This document shows positions 20,602-32,600 of a stretch of 64,000 bases of DNA, piece after piece (the first letter of the stretch is position 1; the number at the start of each line of letters is the position of its first letter). This DNA is from Balanoglossus misakiensis (Eukaryota; Animalia; Hemichordata). The translations under genes and the position numbers were made by a program. Where the stretch lies: NCBI GenBank assembly GCA_040954595.2, contig CM082598.2:1798001-1862000 (forward strand), in the 5' to 3' direction. Below the pieces are notes generated by a model, which did no database searches, was not told where the DNA came from, and was given only the letters and a program-made list of their open reading frames with translations.

Positions 20602-23600
20602 ACCAGTCACAACTGGTTGGAACCAGTTCCAAACGGCTTTGTTCAAGAAGTCTGAAGCAGAATACACTGTGCATTTAACTCATACTGAAGAAATATACCC
20701 AGCATTTTGAAATTTTTTACGTAACAACACTTGAGGGATGCTGGTTAAAAGATTGAAGACGACAAAAATGTAATCAAAGTGTAATTGTACTCAACTTTAT
20801 TGACATTGGATACAGAAATCAAGGTGTGTTGTGGACTGTAAAATAGGAGCAAATGAATGTATAATGAACTTAACAAAACTGACCACTGGAGAATAGTTTC
20901 GCCAAATTTTGCAAGGAAATATTTTTGTTTGTTTGAAAACAATACTACTACGTGTTTACAGATTTATTTGAGAAACTTCTTGGGTGGCTGTATTTGACTT
21001 AAAAGTCAAATTTTCCAAGCTTTGAAGGGGAAAAAATACACCATTTTTGGCTTAGGCTGGTTTTTAATAATTCTAGCAAAAAAAATGTATTAAACTATTT
21101 ACTGAAACTCAGATACATCCCATAGTGCACTGGATTTTGTTTTTATCTGAAACGAAAGATTTTTCCTGAAAGTACTTTTTTCCTGCAGTTATTTACAACA
21201 GTGATTTTGTTTTCTCGAAAAATTGACGGTTTGTCTTGACTTCAGATTAATTTCGTATGCCATAGAATTTGAAGTTTTTTATTAAGAATCAAAAAATGAA
21301 TGTTGTTGAAGCCATGCCTAGTGGATCAGTGAATTTTCTTAAAACGGTGCAAACTTTCGGATACATCCGACATAGACAGTATATAACGTACAAAAATATG
21401 AATCAGCTTGAGATAAATTTACATAATCACAGGATAACCTGTGTAGTCATGTCAAAAACACTTCTATATTCAAGTTTTTTTTTCTTCCTTTCTTCCAATG
21501 TTGAACTATGGTAGAATCTTTTCATAATGTTCGCCTGCATCACAAGCAAACCCTTGTATAGATATTTTGGTGAGAAAACAGTTTTTCGTCTTTTTCTTGA
21601 AAAAAGAAACTAGATCCTGTTGGGTAGAGGCTTGGCAACTGTGCATGATACACATTAACAGTAACAGAAACTTTTTTTTTCAGATTCATTATTAATCGAC
21701 AAAAATGAATGGATATTGTATCAGAAAGACCGGGTCTTTGTGTTGTCTGGCCTGGTCATGCATATGCAAATGAGTTTCGTACAGATCACGTTCGATCACA
21801 TCAGCTCCGACATAAAAATTGATCACTCAGGATAGAAACCGGAAATGTGGCTGGGTGAGAAGTTGACCGCGTTTTCTCTGCGTTCAATCATTCCATGTTT
21901 GTGTACTGGTCGATTGTACGGAAAGTCGGAGGTCAGTCACATGTTCAGTAGGAGTGCAGGCCTGTCGCGAAAGAGGTCAAAGGTCAACCAGTCACGTCGA
22001 TGAATAGCAATAGACCCTACATTTAAACCTGAACTGAAAACTACAAATAAAAGAACGTGAATAATGTATACTACTATAAAACGGGAAATTTTCGCAAACG
22101 TTTGAAGAGCCAAAAAGACGCGATAATAAATAGTCCCAGAAGAACGATGTTATTCGGAGAAGAGAACGCGAAAATTAATTGTCGCAGAATAGTTGCCTCT
22201 GTTGTGAAAACTTCCCGATTTATAGTATTTTGCACTGATGTCATGCGATCTTTTTGGCACAGGTGCTTATAAACTGCTTGGGTCATCCATATCTAAAGAA
22301 TATCCAATGATATAAACACATCAGAGGCACTGGGGTCAAAGGTTAAAGGTCAAGTCTTTCAGATGAGAATGTCATGTCACTGAAATGTTCGGTATATCAC
22401 ATTTGTATGAGTGGCGATGAAAATTGCCGCAAATATTTTGTAAAAGAGTATTATTTTATTCTCTCTGTGAATTGTCATCCAGTATTTCTGGAGCGATGTT
22501 TTTGTATGTTTTTTCTGTGGTTGCCTGTGTACTTTTACGTGTGACGTTTGCAAATTAAACATTTCCAGCCTGTGTTTCAAATTGTGAGAGGAGATATTTT
22601 ATGTTATGCACACATGCAATACCTGCACTGCAATCGGACAGCTACCCGCAGGTGGCCATCTTGGATTGGACTAGCCCACTTTGTTAGGAGGGTAGAATGG
22701 TTTCGTTGAAAATCAGGGACTCTATTTTAAGTTACATTTGTCAGGTGTAGTGAACTAAATGTGTGGTAGTTCATTGACAAGCCAAAGTTACAGTGCCTTT
22801 GGGATTTATATGAGGTTTTTGTCTGTCCTGTTATTTGCGCAAAACGGAAATATTCGATGGTTTTCACATTTCGACAAACCCTCATGTAAGTAGAAACCAG
22901 TTGCTTCCATTGCAGAGGTAGTTCAGGCTGGAGGTATGTATTCATAAAATGTGTCAGAATAATTTGGTGGTCGTTTGAAATTATCTTGTGTGTCCATGTT
23001 TGCAGTAAACAGAAAGTTGTAAAAACTAAAGGGTAGAAGGGGGGACTGATATAATGTTTCTCAAAGATTGTATTTCATTGTAAATTCATTCAAATTTTTG
23101 TGTCCTTGACATAACTGCTCTTGAATAATACAGTACTCAAAACATGGGACTGGTTCAACCTGTTTTGAACCAGTTTGAATCATCAGTGTCAACTGGTTTC
23201 GGCTCTGAGCTTTGTTTCAACCGGTTCTGTCCGGTCTGAACTGGTTTCCTCTTGAGTGACTTCAACCAGTTTGCAGCATTTACGTTGGTACCAATCAAGA
23301 GAGAATTCCGTTTTTGATTTAAAAAAGAAAACAAAAAAATATATAAATTGGTTACATCTTGTTCTGATCGGTAGTTCCAGAGTTACATGATTCTAGTTTA
23401 GTGAGATTCCTCTGTACATAGAATAAAGCCAATTAGATATAAAACGGAACAGAAATGGGTGCTTTCTCGTGATGAGGACTGCCAATTTAGATGCTAGCTG
23501 TGTGTTCATTCAGTAGTCATTCCCCAAAGACTAATAAATGATACATTTATATCCAGTAGTTAAAAGAAATATTTATTTAACAAGCTTGAAACGGAGGGAT

Positions 23601-24500
23601 TGAAAAGTACATCAGATTCTGTGGGAAAAAATATGCAGCGTTGTATCGATGCTAAAACTTTTTTAAAAGTATGTAAAGGTGCTTGGAAAAGATGTGACCT
23701 TACACAACTTTGTCTGAAATGTTTGGTTGTGACTGAGTTTGTGTCGTAACAAATTTATACTTGAAACATATACCTCAGCTGTATGTGGTTTTTCTTTGTA
23801 GTGAGTTTGAACTATATGCATGATGTTGGCCTGTGATTGGTGAACGAAATTTGCACTCCACCTGCTTGTTAGCCAATCAGCATCTGCGCCACTTTAAGGT
23901 CACCAATGTTTCTATGCTGTCACCCCCCTGACTTTGTATAGAAGTCCCAACTTTACCCAGAGAACATCTCAGTAACTGTCAAGACAAAAAATGTGAAGCT
24001 TAGAATCATGATCAAACAAGAGACAGTTCATTGTAAAAAGTTTGGGGATTTTTTTCGACATCACAAAATTCAGTGTGCTTTTCCCATAATTTTTAAAACT
24101 TCTAAATCACAACTTTATTGATTGCACGTTTATTTCTTTGGTCACATAGAAAACATAGGTACCTTTTTTCTGTTTGAAAGAAAACTTAATTATTTTATTT
24201 CAAAGAGTGCTTAGGAAGGGAAGATATAATTGTAAACGGTATAGTTGCCTTCAAAAAAGGTTATTTTCACCAAATTGTATGTAATATCTTGTATTTGTAT
24301 ATTTCCAGAGCAGAAACTTGGATAAACATATAATGTATTCCATATGCATATATAGAGTGTGTGTAACCGTTGCCAATTTCTTGTGGTTTAATTCTGTGTT
24401 AGTTCTGGTGTTAAAAAAATCAGCTTTCTTTATCTCGCCTTTGGTGAAATGCTGCAACCCCTGTTTTTATAGTGTTGTGATCTGAAGAAGCCAAAAAAAT

Positions 24501-24547
24501 AATAAAACTGCAGTTTCATTGACAAAACTCTTTTCTGTTTTAATAAA
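24501..24547 (+). terminator. Probable PPP6R polyadenylation signals
   Basis: AATAAA at 24501 and 24542 followed by GT/T-rich gtttgtttctttgtgtgtgt; abrupt change to CpG-rich sequence afterwards. Confidence 0.55.
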
Positions 24548-27500
24548 AAGTGCAGTATTATCAATTAAAAGTTTGTTTCTTTGTGTGTGTCAATTTCAGA
24601 GACTTAAAGAGCGCCAGCTCAGGCAGAACTAAAAAATATGTTGTTTTCACGCGTGTGGCGACACGGAGGTCGAGTTTCCGTTGTCCTCTCGCACGAGTCA
24701 TTTGCGGGCGAAGATGGTATGTATATGCCTGTTAATATGAATGTGTGCGGGGTGAAGTTTAGTACAAGCACCGTATTACTTCCAGGGTTATACGTGTAAC
24801 ACGAGACAGCTGTAATTATCGTGGATTTTTCTCCATCGATATTACAACAACGTACCTGCCGTTGAATTACAGCTAGCTGTAATGTATACCCCGCGAGGCA
24901 CTGTTTCTTATTTGGTGGGGTCGTTGTATTTTATGGCCGATGCAAACCTTTCCTCGTGTCTGCTCTCGTGCCCTAGCGACATCTGCTTTGAATTTGCACG
25001 TGTATCAACACGACCAGTACAGAGATTAATTTAAGTATCTATAGCCAGGCTTGACACACGCCCCTGCCACACGCCTTGAGTATCACACACGCTGTTGGGC
25101 AGAAGAGTCGACCTTAAGCACTTCTCGCGCACTTGATCTCTATATTGAATGCCAACATTTCACGCTTCGAGGTGGCTAGAGTAATTTGTCTTCTTGTATT
25201 CGAGCAATTTAACTCCCACTGTGACGGAGATACAACTCAATCATCCCACGACATGTCGTTATTATTAATCCGTGATGTATGATGTGTGTGGAAGTACTTA
25301 AAAAGCCCCGTGACCAATCAAATACATACATATTTGAAATACAAAGGCTGGGTCTGTCAATTCGCCAAATGTTCAGTGAAAATGTAGGCCCTATGTATGT
25401 GTGTGTGTGTGTGTCTGTCTGTCTGTCTGTCTATCTATCAACGATGGTTCATAAGTTTAAACCAATCACCGAGGAGCTCGAGGATGACGTCACTTTGAGG
25501 GAATCAAATCTTTCAAAAGATGAAATATTCGAAAAGCGATGAGCGTCAACAGCAGCAGAAAATAGAATTCGCTACAGGGGAGGACAAAAACGTGATATGA
25601 AAAGCGAACTACAAATCAATGCTAAGATCACAGGGTTTGAGAATAAAATTCTCACACAGACTGCCCACCCACGGTCCGTCAAATGATGATACACGCCAGT
25701 CAATCTTTGTCAACAGTTGAAATTAGAGTTTCTGAAGGCAACGTAATGCGGTTTTTAATGCAGGATCAAACATTGGTATTGCCTGTGCTCTCTTTCAACA
25801 CTGAGGTCTTTCAGTAGAAATTGCAAAGCCCGTTACTGAAAAAGATCACGAGTTAATTAACAGGAAATATGACGACTCAGATGTTGGGCTTTGAGTGCGT
25901 CGTGTCATCTTTCTAAAAGCGCCGTCGGTTTGAGATTTGACGGCTGCAAGTTGAGAACGTCAGAGCTGACGTCTGCATGGAGCATGTATTTCACAATCGA
26001 AGGAGGTTGAAGATAAGGGGACGTTCAGTTGGCTCGGGTTATTGCCTGCTCTTTTGTGAAACCGGAATTAGAACTCGAGTGGGTGTAAAATTGCTGTCGC
26101 GTTCCTGTTTCCAATTTCTGTTATATATCGAAAAAGCTTTGAGCAACTCCACCTTGTTTGACCCACAGATTGTTGAGCTCAATTCAAGCGTCGTTAGACT
26201 CGATTTTAGGATGGTCAGAGAGAACACCTGTATACCTTTGCAATCAAATTCTACGTTGTCATCGACAGTGCCTTTGTTCTCTAAACTCATTGCGTCATAC
26301 GTAAACAACATAAACAGGTACGTGACCGGTCAATCAGTAAGGGCACATTTTTAGCGCCATATTCAAACATAAGAAATAAATTATTATTTTATTACTGCAT
26401 GTGAAAATTTATTGAAGAGTACTACAGAAATATCTTAGAGAAATTTAGCTTTCACTCAAATGTAGCGAGGGAGTCATTGAGTTAAGCTTTGATTGGTTTG
26501 TGAATCAAAACTTTTAAGGAAAGTTCACGTATATGAGTACTCGAAAGGTGTGACCCGCAGACATCTTTGTTGGTACTCGATGGAGAGATTGTTCGGTAAA
26601 TAAACATTGATGTCGATATCGGGGTTTGTTGGCCGATATTATATGTTTTTTTAACCGCTTGTTGAGATGAACTTGGTGCGATACTATTCTCGACATGAAT
26701 TGGACCGGCAGCGAGGAATACACGTTACGGTACGTAGACATCGTAGAACTAGAATGACCCCATCTCTGTTCAGGCCATGCCCCATACGCGTATACGGAAA
26801 TAGGCAAGCAGTTGCCCTTGTTTCAATGCTTGCCTGCACCTGTTGATGGTGTATTGAAATAGCTTGTCAAAGACAGCCTCGTCAAGAAATTGCGTGCCAT
26901 GGCTCATATACAATAACCAATTAATTGTGATTTCAAAGACAAACCAGCTTCTTTACTCAGTGAAGTGCGCATCGTATATTCTGTAGGCTACTTGAATCTG
27001 GGCGTGTACATTGTGTAGCAGACGACAATTTTCGTGAAGAATCGCAAATATATTTTGGAAATTAATAAGTAATACCATTAACAGTTGTATTTTGTGACCG
27101 GTTGTATTTAGTTCCCATTTCGTTGAAAACATTCTAGCTCACTTGTGGCCACCATCGTGAGCTAGAATGTCGTTGCGGGCGCCTGTTGGGCCTATAGGAC
27201 ATGTAGGGGTCACTAACCCATCTACAAGAAAACGAAAGGTCGTACGAGGCATTTTGATTGTCCGTATAGCTGTAAAGACAAAAGTGTCCACTGGAGATCG
27301 CTGGATTTGAGTTCTTGTTGTGTGAGGGTGGTACAGCGGTCAGTTTGGACCACAGTGAGACTACTACGGTCAAATTCCCGCATGACCTAATTCCAAGTAG
27401 ATACTGTTAACTTATTGCATTTGTTTACTTGGATCGTCTTCCGTAAAACAATTTATCATCATTAGCCTAATGACACCTAGTACGCCTACGTAAACTTAAA

Positions 27501-28000
27501 AAAGTTGTTTGGGAGACTTAATGCTACCCCTCTAGTCCATAGCTTGCATACCATGCATTCTTATATATGTTAAACATTTTTAGGGAGTATCACACAGTCA
27601 ATGGCAGGAGAACGCCAGGAGATTTACAGCACCCTGCTCATGTTGGTACTTCATAAAAGAAGTTTATAGCCACAGCTATAGCCGTTTAAGTGTGGTCTTG
27701 TTTACTGAGAAGGTACATCAACAGGTAAGAAGACATTAATAGCCTTTTGGTAGCTTTGAAGATGTATGTTATACTTAGATTCACTGAGTTCAATGTCATT
27801 GCCACCCTGCCACCATACTGCCTGTGTCAGGGAGGAATGGGACTATCGTTATACCACTGGGAAATACAATCAAAATGTTTACATAAATATGTGCAAAAAA
27901 TCAAAGTAGTAATTAATTGTTTTCTTTTAATTATTACCGGCCAATACAGAGAGGAGACTCCATGAGATACTGTGATATTGTGAACAACAGTGGTCAAATA

Positions 28001-28015
28001 GCCACCTGCTGGACA
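28001..28015 (-). promoter_or_regulatory. CTCF-like motif between PPP6R and the receptor gene
   Basis: Minus strand reads tgtCCAGCAGGTGGCta, close to the CTCF core CCASYAGRKGGC. Confidence 0.4.
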
Positions 28016-28868
28016 GTGGTGGTATAGATCTGTCAGCCGTTTGAAGAACAACTGTCCACAAATAGATGATTGGGACCTGGTGAGTTTTATAACACATGGT
28101 TGGTTTCTTGTGAATGACATACTGCAGATTTTACCTGCAGTTTCTTAAGTTGCTAGGTCTAATATACAGACAGCACAGAGGCAGACATGCATGACTATAA
28201 AGAAGTAAGAAAATGTGTATAACCCACAGTGATGCAGTAATAGGAAAATGTGGCAAGCCACAGAAAGAAAGAAACATGACAACTGAGGGGTGAAAATGGA
28301 TGAATATTGATAGGCCAGGAAACTAGAGTGATGCACTCTTGGATAAACATCCAGCCAAGAGCTTCAAACAGGTTAACATGGACAGATTCCGATGTGGAGG
28401 GGCAGTTAAATGTTTAATACGCAGACAACGGGCGCATAGAATGAACAGTGTATGTTGTTGCCGGCGGCGACAGCCGACATTCGACAGATATTTAACTATA
28501 CCGGCAAAAAGCTAATCTAGCGCAAACGCTTTAATCAGAAAATAACAACCTTCCCGCGAGACGTGAAGACACAAAATTCTCTCGGATCTTCGACTGGAGA
28601 GAAAAAAGCCGTGCAAAGTACTCCTATTAATGTTTCATAGAATCCAATGACGCAATGCACGACAGATTCAATAGCTTCGAGCGAGCTTGTATCGACATAT
28701 GTCTTTGAAGAACCCAATCGGGGAAAAGTCTGAAAATTACCCACGTCTATAGATTCGATCATGTAGCCGTTTAGAACGCATTGACCAAAACCGGATACCT
28801 TGAAACTAAAACGCCGACGTTTTTACGCGAAAACCTGTGACCATATTCCCTGACACTTTTGCGGCTCC

Positions 28869-28881
28869 GTTGCCTAGCAAC
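28869..28881. promoter_or_regulatory. RFX X-box in the CpG-rich promoter region of the nAChR-like gene
   Basis: GTTGCCTAGCAAC, a canonical 13-bp X-box about 650 bp upstream of the ATG. Confidence 0.6.
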
Positions 28882-29527
28882 GCATTTAATTTGCGCGCAT
28901 CGCAGACTAGAATTTGAAATTCCGACCACAGAGCAAACAATTTATGTTCAGCGTCCTTGCGCTGGCGGGGAGGAGACGCGATATCGTTTTTTCTCTCTCT
29001 CGACGTTTTGTATTGTAATTTGCGAGCTGATGAGGCTGCCCACTCCCCCCATTTTCTCACTTTCACTAACTCACCATCCTTTATTATAGGACTACTTCGG
29101 GGAAGAAATCCGTCACAACTTGAGCAGCGGGGATGCGCCACAGCTGGGCCCGGACTCGCTTCTGCGCAGCTGCGAACGGCTGCCAACGGCGAAATCCAAC
29201 TGGAGCATCATCCGAGACCCGGGGCGCATGCAACTTTCCATACACCGGCGAGAACACAGAGTCGGTCGAATCTTATACTAAGCTTTCGCGAAAAAATAAT
29301 TTCGGAATCCTGAGATTCAAATGCTGAGAGTATTGGAAACATTCCCGTGAGTTCTCCAGTCGCAGCGCACGACTCTGTCTCCAGTGCGTGCGCGGATCTG
29401 CGCCGCCAGAACTGCGGAGGATTTATTGATGGCGTGTACTAATGGCCGTGATCAAGTTGACGTGATCTGGTGTCGGCTGGCGCTGCTGTCATTCCCCCAC
29501 CATTCATAAGGACCGCAGACATTCACA

Positions 29528-29621
29528 ATGAACTTGAGCAACTGGGAACACGACAGCATGACCGGACGAACCGTTCTCCTACTCCACGCCGCTGCTTTTC
29601 TTTTGATGACGTGCTTTCAGG
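29528..29621 (+). CDS. nAChR-like exon 1 (signal peptide)
   Basis: MNLSNWEHDSMTGRTVLLLHAAAFLLMTCFQ G|GTAAGT; its phase-1 end fits exon 2; alternative in-frame ATG at 29558. Confidence 0.7.
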
Positions 29622-32600
29622 GTAAGTGAGCAATCGTTTTCTTCTCCGAGTTCTTTTATCATCTCCTCTCGCGCGGTTAAAATCATTTGCTCTGCCGCAT
29701 CGCGCGCGAAAGAAGCGACTCAGCGCGCTAGAGGCGAAGTACTTTCAGAATAACGGGATGTCACTGTTCTGAATCTGGTAACGCGATTTGTAATACACCG
29801 CAAGAATGTAACTTATCCTTTAATTTTGACATACCTGTACATTTATACTCGCTAGTGTGACCGCGGTTTCTTTGCATTCGCTTTTGGCGTCTTCGTTTTT
29901 TCCCCGTGAAATCCGCTGTTAATATTAGAATAGAAGCAAACACTTCGGGGTAAAGCAGGTTACCGTAACCATCGTGACTGGAGACGAGATAGACACCTAT
30001 CCTTGCCATGAATGATCCCGATTCTCCACTTTACATTTTGGGCTGAAATACCAATTTTAGAACTGTACACACGACCATCATGCTGATATCGTCCTCCCCT
30101 TTCATTTTTGACCCAAAACTGACGTAATTTCAGATAATATCGCAAACTGTGAAGTGAATATTGACGAGAGTAGAGATCACATCAAGCCGCCAATCTTAGT
30201 TTTATGTGGAAAATCCGATTTATTTCTCAATGCGGTGGTTGGTTCAATGTTTAACGGGCACACGGGTATAAACTTCATTCGATGCGTTAATCATTATTCT
30301 GATTGTCTGATGCAGATTGAAATTGAATACGCCCCTTCTTCATATATGCATCTTGCCGTTTGCTATTTTCTCTCGATTTCTTTCAATCTCGGAGAAGTCG
30401 TTCAGTCCCTAATGTAGGGCATGGTCAGGTTTCCGTCTCGTGCGGTGATCAATGGAGAACATTTATAGTGTATATTTACGCACGTGTTCTGATCACACGC
30501 TGGCAATTTCTAGACTCGTTATTCAGACTATTGTATGCCGCAACAAAGGGATCATTTTTACCTGCGAAATATGATGATATGTTCGTTAATATTGAGCGCA
30601 GGAAATCATCATTCGTTCAGTTTGGAGATGTGATTTCTCGGCTTCACGCACTCCTTTTGGAGAGAGATAGAAAAATCGATCACATCGGAACGATACAAAA
30701 TGCAAAGTCGATATTTGGCGCCTGAACACTCGAGTTCTCCGTGGGCGTCACTCCTTGAAAGTAGCGGTATGCTAAATGAGTGAATAGTGTATGTAATGCA
30801 TGCATGCAGCGAAATGTACGCTGGAATCTATGGCAACGGCCAGCTACTCAAGACTGAAGTAATGATGCTGGGTCGCGTTGATATTATATTTCGAGAACGC
30901 TTGTGTTATTGGGGAGTCATGGGGCCTGGTCGCGTGTCTGTAAGCGAGAAAGAAATCCATCTTGAAATTCTATATTAAACACTTTAGTGTTGTGTGTTAG
31001 ACGATGTTTCAGTGATTATTGGTTTGGTATTGAGTATTCTTTGCTGACTTATGGATTCATGCATGTCGGTTTGAGGCGATGAGGATATGGGTTTGTCGGT
31101 TGGTGACGATGTCGATGGCTTTAGCAGGTGAATTGCTTGGAGGTGGTTCGACTTAGTGACTGGGTAGGGAGATAAAACAGTGGCTTGTAGTTGTAAAACG
31201 TGTATAAGTATAGGTTTCCATGTGGCAGGTAAATTGTCTTAAGTTTAGATAGGTTGATATGGGTTGATAAAGGGGCGTAGCTGAAACCGAGTAATTGTTC
31301 ATAGTTGGACGGATACACGAGTCTGCCGGTGCTTGGCCGAGAGGGCCATTAAAACTCCATGCACGGCCACTCTCGCTGACGACCACACTCAAACTTAGTG
31401 GATCGGCGCGTAAAACATGGCTGACTGAGTCTATGAACGAATCGTACAGCCAGGTACAATTATACAGTAAGCTGGCGCTCAACACTAGATACAGAAAAAA
31501 GTCCCATAATCCACCGCTGTTTCCACTTTCCACTTTCTACTGAATCGCTCCCCGACATGGCAACTATTTATATCGTTCCCCCTCGTTGAATTTCATATAT
31601 TTGTAACTTATTCCCCATCAGACGTAAAAGGCACTAACTAAAGTATTCTCACCGCCCTGCATAAAACCCCCAGTCCTTATTCAATTTATCTCATTTTGTT
31701 GCACCGCGCAACGATAAAACTTCCTTACGGGGTGAAATCGACGCTAGGGGATAATCATGCGCCCAGCGTCCAATTTTCTCGAAGGTTGACTACGCTTTTA
31801 GCTGTTCATAAAATTTTAAAAACTACGTAAAACTGTATTAGTGAAACGGGGCCCTGTTACACGGCACAGTGGTGAATATGGTACACGTCAAATGAAAAAG
31901 GGAAATGAAATTCTTTTATCGGTGATAAAAAGTTACTTTTAATCGTAGAAAAGTATGTGCGCGACGTTTCTTTGTAATTTGTAGTTTATGTGAGTATGTG
32001 CAGGCTGGTCGTGTTAGTCTTCAAGCTTCGTGTGGACAAGTAGCGGTGACAGATGGTGTGGGTACGATGAAATGCTAGAAATAGTCCGCGGCCATCGCCC
32101 TCTGCTACTACGCATGCCCTGTGCGTGAAAACCCACTGCAAGAGATGGACGTGAAAGTTGATCATTGCAAACCTCAGCTGCACTTCACGGTCGGGTAATT
32201 TGGACGGGAGTTGACGCGTTAATCACAGTGCAAAAAATCGACACATGCTTTGTGGAAGTACAGTGTTTTCTTGTCTACATGTATATAGAAAAGGCAAAAA
32301 AAGTAAAAACCTCATCTATGCTCGAATATTTCCTTGCCGTGACGTCAACGCGCGATCTCAATATTGGTGAGAATTTTTTAAAGCACAGACGATGTGAAAA
32401 ATAACAAACATTCTTCCAAACGAGCGAACTGCACAATCGTGCTGAGTGACTGACACAAGCATTGAACAAAATACTTTAACCACAGAAATTCTAGTCAGAC
32501 ATGAGTGACGTGGATTGTAACTGTGTGCTATATCTGAATAATTGCGGCCTGCGGCGTGTTCTGTCTCTTCTCAAGACAAACATCAGTTCTTTCGCTTGTC

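Noticed and set aside
25977-26807. Intergenic ORFs of 90-125 aa
   Set aside because: No recognisable homology or exon chain; lengths are compatible with chance.
28806-29327. Overlapping ORFs in the GC-rich promoter
   Set aside because: Stop-codon scarcity in CpG-rich promoter/5'UTR DNA explains them; no protein motif.
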